Shown piece by piece: positions 25,525-36,372 of a DNA stretch of 64,000 nt. The notes beneath the pieces are model-generated. The model was not told where the DNA came from. It searched no databases and worked only from the letters and a program-made list of their open reading frames with translations. Source of the stretch: Tubiluchus corallicola (lineage: Eukaryota; Animalia; Priapulida); assembly GCA_030141605.1 (NCBI GenBank), contig JAQGDQ010000690.1, positions 1 through 64,000 on the forward strand. Reading direction: 5' to 3'. A program made the position numbers and the translations under genes. The stretch's first letter is position 1. Each line of letters opens with the position of its first letter.

Positions 25525-27300
25525 TTATAAGAACCAACAGTTTCTATTAGGATGATCTTTCTTATCCTGCAATTTTCTGTTTTCATGTTGCTGAACAAAC
25601 AATCTTAGAGTAGAAGGAAGCTTACCATAGTTTATCTTGTGTCTAACTATTGTTCTAGCACAGCTGCATTTCAGATTTAAATAAAAACTTCTTGATAACT
25701 CATCACTTAAAGCAAATAACACCGATGCAAATTCATTGTCATAAGTTGAAGAGAAGGGCCAGTAATGTACATCTGAATGTGGAAGTTGATGCCATATTTT
25801 GTATGGACTTAGACCATCAAAAGGCAATGCATCAACATGTAAACCATGCCTAACCAACAAAAGAAACATTTCAAAAAACACTTGTCGTTGTTGCAATGCA
25901 AACCTTGTAAAAAAGTCCCTCGTATCCAACCACTTACGTCCATCATAATAACCCAAAGGTTCACAGAGTTCACCAAATGCAGTTGCCCCATTATCGTTTA
26001 TGAAATTAACGTCTGGATGTTCATGGCAATCCAATAATTGTTGCAAAGTACACAGTGCTTCTGAAGTGTCATGTAGATGCCATTGACATGCAATCATAAC
26101 TGGTGTGTACCCTCGAGAATTGATCAAATTAGTACTAGCCCCTTGTTTGAGCAATAAAGGTATATAGTCAGGGTGAGAGACTAAAGCGGCAAACAAAGGA
26201 GATTCGTTACTTTTGTTTAAGACATTAACATTTGCTCCTCTATCTAGCAGCAGCTCAACAATATCTTTAGAACTGGTTTTGTATCTGCAAGCATAGTGTA
26301 ATGCAGTATTTCCACTGTCATTGGCCATATCCAAATCAGAAGTTTTTTCTATTAGCAGTTTTGCTATTTTCTCATTGGAATAAACTGCAGTATGCAAAGG
26401 CAACTGACCACTGTTGTCAACAAGGTTTGGGTCTGCGCCATTTTCAAGCAGCAATACAGCTATACCAAACCTAACATTTTCTTTAGCAGCACTACACGAA
26501 TGTCCTTTTGAAATGACATGAAGGGGTGTAACACCTGCAATTTCGTGTGAACTTACATTAACACTAGCACCATGCTTTAACAGGAATACTGCCATCTCCA
26601 AGTTCACATCCTCACAAGCAAAGTGCAGATGTGAGTAACCCATTTTGTCAACAGCATTGAGATCTGCACCATTTTGTGTCAGCAGATATGTGGCTTCATA
26701 ATCACTGGTTCGACTAGCTTTGTGTAACGGAGTCAGTCCATTACAATTAGGAATGTTTGGATCAGCACCATTGGCAAGAAGAAGCTTCATTAATGGTAGA
26801 AATTTATCAGCCGAATGGCAGAAGAGAGGCGTACGCATAGACTTGTCTTGGATATTAGGATCAGCACCATTGTTTAACAAAATTTCTACAATGTTTGGTA
26901 CTTCTGCAACATGCAACTCACATGTTCCATCCCAGTTAATACTCTGAACATTTGCATCATGATCAATCAGATAACATACTACGTCTTCGTGACTGTGTGC
27001 ACATGCCCAGTACAATGGTGTTGGCCCAGTGTTTTGTTTGACATTCACATTGGCACCATGCTCGACTAGCATTTTCACTATCTGAAGATTTCCGCTTGTG
27101 CAAGCAGCATGCAGTGGACTGACACCGAACATATCAACTCTGTTTGCATCCTCCCCAGACTGAAGATACTGCCAAACCTCGTCTGTTTTACCAGACTTGC
27201 AAGGCCCATGAAGAGGAGATACACTTGTCTCTGCTTGCAATGCAGGTGAATTTCCTCCAATGCGAGGAAACCAACTTGGGAGAGAAGGAACTCTTGGCAT
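25525..27300 (-). CDS. Ankyrin-repeat protein with C-terminal BC/Cul2-box-like motif and CaaX (copy 1)
   Basis: 591-aa uninterrupted ORF with ~12-13 TPLH-type repeats, LKCSCARTIV...KLPSTLRLFVQQH, ending CWFL. Confidence 0.93.
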   Translation of the reverse strand: MPRVPSLPSWFPRIGGNSPALQAETSVSPLHGPCKSGKTDEVWQYLQSGEDANRVDMFGVSPLHAACTSGNLQIVKMLVEHGANVNVKQNTGPTPLYWACAHSHEDVVCYLIDHDANVQSINWDGTCELHVAEVPNIVEILLNNGADPNIQDKSMRTPLFCHSADKFLPLMKLLLANGADPNIPNCNGLTPLHKASRTSDYEATYLLTQNGADLNAVDKMGYSHLHFACEDVNLEMAVFLLKHGASVNVSSHEIAGVTPLHVISKGHSCSAAKENVRFGIAVLLLENGADPNLVDNSGQLPLHTAVYSNEKIAKLLIEKTSDLDMANDSGNTALHYACRYKTSSKDIVELLLDRGANVNVLNKSNESPLFAALVSHPDYIPLLLKQGASTNLINSRGYTPVMIACQWHLHDTSEALCTLQQLLDCHEHPDVNFINDNGATAFGELCEPLGYYDGRKWLDTRDFFTRFALQQRQVFFEMFLLLVRHGLHVDALPFDGLSPYKIWHQLPHSDVHYWPFSSTYDNEFASVLFALSDELSRSFYLNLKCSCARTIVRHKINYGKLPSTLRLFVQQHENRKLQDKKDHPNRNCWFL

Positions 27301-27510
27301 TTTAAAATTGTAAATGATCTGAAAAGATGAAGAATGATATCAAATATAACAATGCCTGTCGGTTGTTTAGTGCTTAGTGGCACTGATAAATGCATTTTAT
27401 GCTCTACGTCCCAAGACAAAGAACAGCTTGCAGTTAGACATAGTTGATCTCAACTGGAAGACAAAATAAAAAAGGTACTCTGCATTTAAACTAGTTAGCT
27501 TACATATATA

Positions 27511-28139
27511 CAGTGTTTCCTCACTTGTCGCAGGTGTTCCGTTCCAGGCCCACCCGCGATAAGTGAATTTTCGCAAAGTAGAGACGCTATACTTATCTTA
27601 GTAGCTATACATTATTTTAAGTCTTCATAAACCCTCCCCACACCCTGTTGTCCGCGCACAGCGAAAGAAAACAAATTGCACGGTACCGGAGCCAATCAGC
27701 GACTGGGATACAGAGCAGCATTCTCTAGTTGGTCACTTTCCATCAATCAACCAATCGTGCGTTGTGTACAATCTCACGTCGGCAAGTAGCATCTCAAGTG
27801 GGCGCATGTACTACATTTCGTTTTTGGTATGTATTCATCCACCGAATAAATGCACTATTTACTGTAAATGGTAATTTATAATATTGTTTTAATGTTAGAA
27901 TTAATATTTTTAATATAATTTTATACATTTTATGATTTTTTATGCAAAATTCATCAAATCTATACATTACTGCACAATATGTACTACGCATGTGCAAAAA
28001 TACTTTAGATGGAGTTCCTCAAAAACCCGCGAAACAGCGATAAACATTTTACATTATTATTTTTGAAAACCCGCGAAACAGCGAGTCCGCAACAAACGAA
28101 CTTTGTCTGACTTCTACAAACTTTACAAACGGACCACTG
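27511..28139. mobile_element. Tc1/mariner-type MITE (right end decayed)
   Basis: ta|cagtgtttcctc start; same element and same insertion site as 34743-35354. Confidence 0.75.
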
Positions 28140-29012
28140 AATTCTACAAAATTAATCTTGTACCAGTCTGGTACGGGCCACTATAGTCTGGTATCATGAT
28201 GGTATGTGTTACGAAAGACACCAGAGATTAGCAAACAAGATCCTGCACAGGTTACCTAGAGTCCCAGTACTTGGCACAGCTCTCTTTAAAGGCAAAATTT
28301 TTAATGTTGTTTACATATTTGTTCCTTTTTATCATTTGTTTTTGTGTCTAATTAACATTGTTTAAATAGTTATAAAGTTTTATGCTCTTCACTTATAACC
28401 AACAATATGGGAGCACTTCGCTTAGCACATAAATGCGCTGGTAGCACGCCCTTTAATCCACGACCCCGTCGTTCAACGATCTGATACACGTAATAGAGAA
28501 GTACTAACGTCATAAGTTTAGCAGCGAGTAATAGAACAATTTAGCGCATCAATGTAATGATGAACCAATAACGATCCTGCCCTGCTTTCTAAATTTAGTG
28601 TAAAGACCTTGTGTCTCACATAACCTGCAATTTTGAGGCAACTGGGTGTATTCATCATTGGAAGCCTACTGAAGACATCAAGGTTCAAACCCAAGGTGCT
28701 CCATCGCATCCAGATGCCTCACAAGCCTACATTTTAACGCACAGTAATTTTGTTTTTGGATCATTAATATTTGAACCACTCCATCGTTCGGTTGGTTAAT
28801 TTCACTGCATGCATAGGGATTGAGATCTAATGAACTTTCAAGCCGCTGCAATCTGTTCAGTACTACTACAGTACTTGTTCTTCTTTGTACTAAACTACAT
28901 AGCAAAAAATTGTTATGCCTGCACTTAGACCAGTGCTGCTAATTACTAGCTTTGGGTAAAAAATTCTGCCATTTATCTTTCTAAACTACCGATTTGGCAA
29001 GCGACCAAGAAT

Positions 29013-29395
29013 TAGGGGTGAGCATTCTCTAGCAGAAAGCGAATTCGAATCGAACCGAATTTGTGACTTTCGAATTCGAATCGAACTTCAGTGTTTCGAA
29101 TTCGAATTGAGATCAAAAGATTTTCGAACAAGTTTTCGAACCACCAGCAAAAATTAGTCTTACAAAGATCATACATATCATTAGATTTTGTTCTACAATA
29201 AAACGACTAATTTGTTTAAAATTGTGTGCAGAAATCACAGCTAAATTATGCTGGTTGCATGATGTTTCAATCGTTTTAGTGATAAAGAACATGTGTTATT
29301 GAAGTGCTGAATTATTCGAATCTATAGTTTTGGATTCGAATCGAGTTTGAACTAAAAAAACTCGTTCGTACTCTAACGTTCGATGCTCACCCCTA
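29013..29395. mobile_element. hAT-type MITE with 8-bp TSD
   Basis: TIRs taggggtgagcat / atgctcaccccta, TSD ccaagaat. The paralogous empty site is at ~24985. Decayed relatives at ~32375-32735, ~35760-35820 and ~37880-38220. Confidence 0.92.
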
Positions 29396-29939
29396 CCAAG
29401 AATTTCCACTCAGTGTAACATGGCATGTTAGTCAGTGTAATTAGTAAGTGCTGAGAATTACGGGTGCAAACTACCAGATTTTGGCCAGAGCTGGAAGGCT
29501 ACTATTTCTTTTTTTAATTAATTAGAAATTACCAAATTCTTTTCTTGGTGTTTATACTCATCTGCCATCGTTGTCATGAGTTACACTAAGTTTATGTTAC
29601 TCAAACAGCATATTCAAAATTGCCAGGGTCTCCGAGACATAAAGATAAAATGACAAGTATTACATTTTAAAGTTTGCTGCGTTAATACAAACAGTATTAC
29701 TTTGAATTGTAAATTAACTAATATAAGTAAAATTAGTCTTCCAGTCAATGAAATATAACACACCATTTTGTTTCGTTTATATTCGCAAATACTAGAGGGT
29801 TTACAATAGCTACTATAAAGTCATAATTGAATGGCTGCTACATGCTCAGCAAAAGATTTGATACAGAAAATTTGACAAGAAGTTCTTTTAATGAACCGCG
29901 ATAGATCTGAATAAGTTCTTAGCAATCCAGTGTAGCTGT

Positions 29940-31715
29940 TTATAAGAACCAACAGTTCCTCTTAGGATGATTTTTCTTATCCTGCAATTTTCTGTTCTCG
30001 TGTTGCTGAACAAACAATCTTAGAGTAGAAGGAAGCTTACCATAGTTTATCTTGTGTCTAACTATTGTTCTAGCACAGCTGCATTTCAGATTTAAATAAA
30101 AACTTCTTGATAACTCATCACTTAAAGCAAATAACACCAATGCAAATTCATTGTTATAAGTTGCAGAGAAGGTCCAGTAATGTACATCTGAATATGGAAG
30201 TTGATGCCATATTTTGTATGGACTTAGACCATCAAAAGGCAATGCATCAACATGTAAACCACGCCTAACCAACAAGAGGAACATTTCAAAAAACACTTGT
30301 CGGTGTTGCGATGCAAACCTCGTAGTAAAGTCCCTCGTATGCAACCACTTGCGTCCATCATAATAACCCAAAGGTTCACAGAGTTCACCAAATGCACTTG
30401 CCCCATTATCGTTTATGAAATTAACGTCTGGATGTTCATGGCAGTCCAATAATTGTTGCAAAGTACACAGTGCTCCTGAAGTGTCATGTAGATGCCATTG
30501 ACATGCAATCATAACTGGTGAGTACCCTCGAGAATTGATCAAATTAGTACTAGCCCCTTGTTTGAGCAATAAAGGTATATAGTCAGGGTGAGAGTCTAAA
30601 GCGGCAAACAAAGGAGATTCGTTACATTTGTTTAAGGCATTAACATTTGCTCCTCTATCTAGCAGCAGCTCAACAATATGTTTAGAACTGTTTTTGTATC
30701 CGCAAGCATAGTGTAATGCAGTATTTCCATTGTCGTCGGCCACATTTAAATCAGAAGTTTTTACTATTAGCAGTTTTGCTATTTCCTCATTGGAATAAAC
30801 TGCATTATGCAAAGGCAGCTGACCACTGTTGTTAACAAGGTTTGGGTCTGCTCCGTTTTCAAGCAGCAATACAGCTATACCAAATCTAACATTTTCTTTA
30901 GCAGCACTACACGAATGTCCTTTTGAAATGACATGCAGGGGTGTAACACCTGCAATTTCGTGTGAACTTACATTAACACTAGCACAGTGCTTTAACAGGA
31001 ATACTGCCATCTCCAAGTTCACATCCTCACAAGCAAAGTGCAGAGGTGAGTAACCCATTTTGTCAACAGCATTGAGATCTGCACCATTTTGTGTCAGCAG
31101 ATTTGCCGCTTCATAATCACTGGTTCGACTAGCTTTGTGTAACGGAGTCAGTACATTACAATTAGGAATGTTTGGATCAGCACCATGGGCAAGAAGAAGC
31201 TTCATTAATGGTAGAAATTTATCAGCCGAATGGCAGAAGAGTGGCGTACGCATAGACTTGTCTTGGATATTAGGATCAGCACCATTTTTTAACAAAATTT
31301 CTACAATGTTTGGTACTTCTGCAACATGCAACTCACATGTTCCATCCCAGTTAATACTCTGAACATTTGCGCCATGATCAATCAAATAACATACTACGTC
31401 TTCGTGACTGTGTGCACATGCCCAGTACAATGGTGTTGGCCCGGTGTTTTGTTTGACATTCACATTGGCACCATGCTCGACTAGCATTTTCACTATCTGA
31501 AGATTTCCACTTGTGCAAGCAGCATGCAGTGGACTGACACCGAACATATCAACTCTGTTTGTATCCTCCCCAGACTGAAGATACTGCCAAACCTCGTCTG
31601 CTTTACCAGACTTGCAAGGCCCATGAAGAGGAGATACACTTGCCTTTGCTTGCAATGCAGGTGAATTTCCTCCAATGCGAGGAAACCAACTTGGGAGCGA
31701 AGGAACTCTTGGCAT
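29940..31715 (-). CDS. Ankyrin-repeat protein with BC/Cul2-box-like motif and CaaX (copy 2)
   Basis: 591-aa ORF, highly similar to copy 1, ending CWFL. Confidence 0.93.
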   Translation of the reverse strand: MPRVPSLPSWFPRIGGNSPALQAKASVSPLHGPCKSGKADEVWQYLQSGEDTNRVDMFGVSPLHAACTSGNLQIVKMLVEHGANVNVKQNTGPTPLYWACAHSHEDVVCYLIDHGANVQSINWDGTCELHVAEVPNIVEILLKNGADPNIQDKSMRTPLFCHSADKFLPLMKLLLAHGADPNIPNCNVLTPLHKASRTSDYEAANLLTQNGADLNAVDKMGYSPLHFACEDVNLEMAVFLLKHCASVNVSSHEIAGVTPLHVISKGHSCSAAKENVRFGIAVLLLENGADPNLVNNSGQLPLHNAVYSNEEIAKLLIVKTSDLNVADDNGNTALHYACGYKNSSKHIVELLLDRGANVNALNKCNESPLFAALDSHPDYIPLLLKQGASTNLINSRGYSPVMIACQWHLHDTSGALCTLQQLLDCHEHPDVNFINDNGASAFGELCEPLGYYDGRKWLHTRDFTTRFASQHRQVFFEMFLLLVRRGLHVDALPFDGLSPYKIWHQLPYSDVHYWTFSATYNNEFALVLFALSDELSRSFYLNLKCSCARTIVRHKINYGKLPSTLRLFVQQHENRKLQDKKNHPKRNCWFL

Positions 31716-32756
31716 TTTAAAATTGTAAATGACCTGAAAAGTTGAAGAATAATATCATATATAACAATGCCTGTTGGTTGTTTGTTGCTTAGTAGCACTG
31801 ATAAATGCATTTTATGCTCTACGTCCCAAGACAAAGAACAGCTTGCAGTTAGACATAGTTGATCTCAACTGGAAGACAAAATAAAAAAAGTAACTTTTGC
31901 ATTGATACCAATTAGCTTACATAAAGATTCTATGATATTAATCTTGTACCAATCTGGTAGGTAAGGTGTGATATAGGCTATTATAGTCTGGTATCACGAT
32001 GGTATGTGTTACGAGGGGTGCCACAGATCAGCGAACTCCTGCATAGGTTACCTAGTGTCCCAGTACTTGCAACAATGTTCTCCTTAACGGTGCAAGTGTG
32101 TGATAACCAAACTCGGTTAAACACAACTTTAACACTATCTACATATTTGTTCCTCTTTCTTATTAGTTTTGTGTTTTGACTTTGTTTAAAATACTTAATG
32201 TTGCACATTCTTCACTGTATTCATCCAACATAAAAATCCCGAGAAGAAAGAAACAAAACCAAAAAATATTGACAAGAGATAAACCATTGACAATTTTCTA
32301 GACATAAACTTTGATACAGAAAACTTAACATCATGTCCAATATTAGACAATGAAATGCATTAATAACTACTTAGTAGGAAGGATCATCAAATGTTCAAAT
32401 TCACTTCAAACAAGATTTTTAGTTTGAATTAAATTCGAATCAAAAATCATATATCCGAATAACTTAGCACTTCAACCACATATGTTCTTTATCATCAAAA
32501 CACTTGAAATGTCGTACGTTGTGAACCAAGCATAGAATAGCTGCGATTGTTGAACGCAATCTTTAAATAAACTATTGGCATTTTTACTGCAAAATAAAAT
32601 CAAGAAATATTCATGATTTTTGAGAACACAACTTTTTATTAGTGACTAGAAAATTTATTTGAAAGACCTTCATCAAACTGAATTCACGCGTGATTCGATT
32701 CGAATTCACTTTCTGGTAGAGTATGGTCACCCTTCTACTTAGTGGACGAGTGTAGC

Positions 32757-34532
32757 TCACAATAAGAAACAACAGTTCCTACTAGGGTGACGTTTGCGAT
32801 CCTGCAGTTCTCTGTTCTCATGCTGCTGCACAAACAATCTTAGAGTAGAAGGAAGCTTATTGTACTTTATATTGTGTCTGACAACGATTCTAGCACAGCA
32901 ACATTTCAGATTTAAATTAAACTTTCCAGATAATTCATCACCTAAAGCAAACAACACCGACAAATCATCATCGTCCGTTGCAGACAAACGCTTGTCATGA
33001 CCGCGAAGCTGATGCCAAACTTCATATGGACTTGGACCACCAAAAGACAACGCATCAACATGTAAACCACGCCTAACCAACAAAAGAAACATTTCAAAAA
33101 ACATCTTTCGCCCACTTGATAAAATTTTCATGTAAAAGTCCGTCATGTCCAACTGCTTAAATCCATCATAGTAACCCAAAGGTTCACAGAGTTCACCAAA
33201 TGCACTTCTGCCTTGATCGTTTGTGAAGTTAACGTCTACCTGTTCATTGCAGTCCAACAATAAAGGTAAAGTAAAAGTAGTAAGCAGGGCTTCCATAAAG
33301 TTACACGCGTGCCATTGACATGCAATCATGATTGGAGTGCACCTACGGGAATTAATCACATTAATACTAGCTCCTCGTTCAATTAATAAAGGTATATAGT
33401 CACGGTGAATGAAAAAAGTGCCAAACAAAGGAGATTCATTGATTTCGTTTAAGGCATTAACATTTGCTCCTCTGTCTAGCAGCAGTTCTACAATATCTTT
33501 AGAACTGTTTTCATATTTGCAAGCATAGTGTAACGCAGTGTTTCCAAATTCATCGGCTACATCTAAGTCAACAGCTTTTTCTATTAGTACGTTTGCTATT
33601 TCCTCATTGGAATAAACTGCAGTATGCAAAGGCAACTGACCGCTGTTGTCAACAAGGTTTGGGTCTGCACCGTTTTCAAGCAGCAATACAGCTATATCAA
33701 ATCTAACATTTTCTTTAGTAGCACTACAAGAATGTTCTTTCGAAATGACATGCAGGGGTGTAACACCTGCAATTTCACATGAACTTACATTAACAGTAGC
33801 ACCGTGCTTTAACAAGAATACTGCCATCTCCAAGTTCACATCCTCACAAGCAAAGTGCAGAGGTGAGTAACCCATTTTGTCAACAGCATCGAGATCTGCA
33901 CCATTTTGTATCAGTAGATTTGCCGCTTCATAATCACTGGTTCGACTAGCTTCGTGTAACGGAGTCAGTCCATTACAATTAGGAATGTTTGGATTAGCAC
34001 CATGGGCAAGAAGAAGCTTCATTAATGGTAGAAATTTATCAGCCGTATGGCAGAAGAGTGGCGTACGCATAGACTTCTCTTGGATATTAGGGTCAGCACC
34101 ATTTTTTAACAAAATTTCTACAATGTTTGGTACTTCTGCAACATGCAACTCACATGTTCCATCCCAGTTAATACTCTGAACATTTGCATCATGATCAATC
34201 AAATAACATACTACGTCCTCGTGACTGTGTGCACATGCCCAGTACAATGGTGTTGGCCCAGTGTTTTGTTTGACATTCACATTGGCACCATGGTCGACTA
34301 GCATTTTCACTATCTGAAGATTTCCACTTGTGCAAGCAGCATGCAGTGGACTGACACCACACATATCAACTCTGTTTGCATCCTCCCCGGACTGAAGATA
34401 CTGCCAAACCTCGTCTGCTTTACCAGACTTGCAAGTCTCATGAAGAGGAGATACATTTGTCTCTGCTTGCAATGCAGGTGAATTTCCTCCAATGCGAGGA
34501 AAGCAAATTGGGAGCGAAGGAACTCTTGGCAT
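32757..34532 (-). CDS. Ankyrin-repeat protein with BC/Cul2-box-like motif and CaaX (copy 3, divergent C-terminal half)
   Basis: 591-aa ORF with LKCCCARIVV...KLPSTLRLFVQQH, ending CCFLL. Confidence 0.93.
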   Translation of the reverse strand: MPRVPSLPICFPRIGGNSPALQAETNVSPLHETCKSGKADEVWQYLQSGEDANRVDMCGVSPLHAACTSGNLQIVKMLVDHGANVNVKQNTGPTPLYWACAHSHEDVVCYLIDHDANVQSINWDGTCELHVAEVPNIVEILLKNGADPNIQEKSMRTPLFCHTADKFLPLMKLLLAHGANPNIPNCNGLTPLHEASRTSDYEAANLLIQNGADLDAVDKMGYSPLHFACEDVNLEMAVFLLKHGATVNVSSCEIAGVTPLHVISKEHSCSATKENVRFDIAVLLLENGADPNLVDNSGQLPLHTAVYSNEEIANVLIEKAVDLDVADEFGNTALHYACKYENSSKDIVELLLDRGANVNALNEINESPLFGTFFIHRDYIPLLIERGASINVINSRRCTPIMIACQWHACNFMEALLTTFTLPLLLDCNEQVDVNFTNDQGRSAFGELCEPLGYYDGFKQLDMTDFYMKILSSGRKMFFEMFLLLVRRGLHVDALSFGGPSPYEVWHQLRGHDKRLSATDDDDLSVLFALGDELSGKFNLNLKCCCARIVVRHNIKYNKLPSTLRLFVQQHENRELQDRKRHPSRNCCFLL

Positions 34533-34742
34533 TTTAAAATTGTAAATGATCTGAAAAGTTGAAGAATAATATCATATATAACAATGCCTGTTGGTTGTTT
34601 GTTGCTTAGTAGCACTGATAAACGCATTTTATGCTCTACGTCCCATGACAAGGAACAGCTTGTAGTTAGACATAGTTGATCTCAACTAGAAGACAAAATA
34701 AAAAAGTTACTCTGCATTTAAACTAGTTAGCTTACATATATA

Positions 34743-35354
34743 CAGTGTTTCCTCACTTGTCGCAGGTGTTCCGTTCCAGGCCCACCCGCGATAAGTGAAT
34801 TTCCGCAAAGTAGGGATGCTATACTTATTTTAGTAGTTATACATTATTTTAAGTCTTTGTAAACCCTCCCCACACTCTTATACATAACCCTTTCCCAGTC
34901 CCTTAATAACTTTTCCCATACTGTACATGTACCTGTTATAAAGCTTTCCATCAATCAGCCAATCGTGTGTTGTGTACAATTTCACGTCGGCAAGTAGCAT
35001 CTCAAGCGGGCGCAAGTACTACATTTCGTTTTTGGTGTATATTCATCCGCCAAATAAATAAACTATTTACTGTAAATGGTAATTTTTTATGATTTATAAT
35101 ATTCTTTTAATGTTAGAATTAATATTTTTAATATAATTTTATACATTTTCTGATTTTTTTATGCAAAATTCATCAAATCTATACTTTACTGTACAATACA
35201 TACTATGCATGTGCAAAAATACTTTAGATGGAGTACAGCATAAACCCACGAAACAGCGAAAATACCACGATAAACATTTTACATTAATATTTTTGAAAAC
35301 CCGCGAAACAGCGAGTCCATGATAAACGAACTTTGAAGTAGCGAGGGAACACTG
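34743..35354. mobile_element. Tc1/mariner-type MITE
   Basis: TIRs cagtgtttcctc / gagggaacactg. Confidence 0.8.
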
Positions 35355-35882
35355 CATTCTACAAAATTAATCTTGTATCAGTATGGTCTGGTACGGGCCA
35401 CTATAGTCTGGTATCATGATGCTATGTGTTACGAAAGACACCAGAGATTGGCGTACGAGGTCCTGCACAGGTTACCTAGGGTCCCAGTACTTGGTACAGC
35501 TCTGTTTGAAGGTGCAATTTTAGTGCTGTTGACATATTTGTTCTTTTTTATTATTTGTCTTTGTGTTTTAACATTGTTTAAATAGTTATGCTATATGTTC
35601 TTCACTTATAGCCATACAACATAAAAAACTCCAGAGGAAAGAAACAAAATAAATTACACTGAAAAGAGCCATTGACAATTTCATAGACACAAAATTTGAT
35701 ACAGAAATTTTAACATCGTGCCCGTTATCAAATCCTGAAATGTATTAATAACTACTTAGTAGGGGCGATCATTAAATGTTCAAATTCAATTCAAATAAGA
35801 TTTTTAGTTCGATCAAACTAATTTGTTCAAACTATCAAAATTAAAGTTTTGCTCCGGGCAAAGATCCAGCAGCTTCAATTCT

Positions 35883-36045
35883 CTGATGATCGGAACTTCT
35901 AACACAGCAAATTTGCGATTCTGGTGATCGGGATTTTAACACAGCAAAGTCGCGATTCTGGTGATCGATGCTTCAACACAGCAAAGTCGCAATTCCGATG
36001 ATCGAAACTTTAACACAGCAAAGTCGAGATTTTGATGATCGGAAA
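35883..36045. repeat. 37-bp tandem repeat x4.4
   Basis: Consensus ctgatgatcgaaactttaacacagcaaagtcgcgatt. Confidence 0.85.
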
Positions 36046-36372
36046 AGTATCTCGCAAATTCAGGATTCCTATCATTGGAAACAATATCCATATCCTGAAT
36101 GTAATTTTCACACATGGGTTAGGTTAGCTTGTCAAGCTAGGCTTTGAAAACAATCTGTAAGCATTGTAATTTTTGATAACAATGCAGTGAATGGATACAA
36201 CTGTTTTATGAAATTCATTGTGCATTTATTATAAATTATAACGTGATGCAGACTTTTTGTAATGCTACTCTCACTATTATTATAATTTATTATTTCATAC
36301 CTATGTGTGAAAATTACATTCAGGATATGGATATTGTTTCCAATGATAGGAATCCTGAATTTGCGAGATACT
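36046..36372. mobile_element. MITE-like element with 70-bp perfect terminal inverted repeats
   Basis: 36046-36115 is the exact reverse complement of 36303-36372. Confidence 0.85.

Noticed and set aside
27078-27419. 113-aa overlapping ORF repeated before each ankyrin gene
   Set aside because: Conservation is explained by recent duplication; at most an overlapping uORF from the ATG at 27395.
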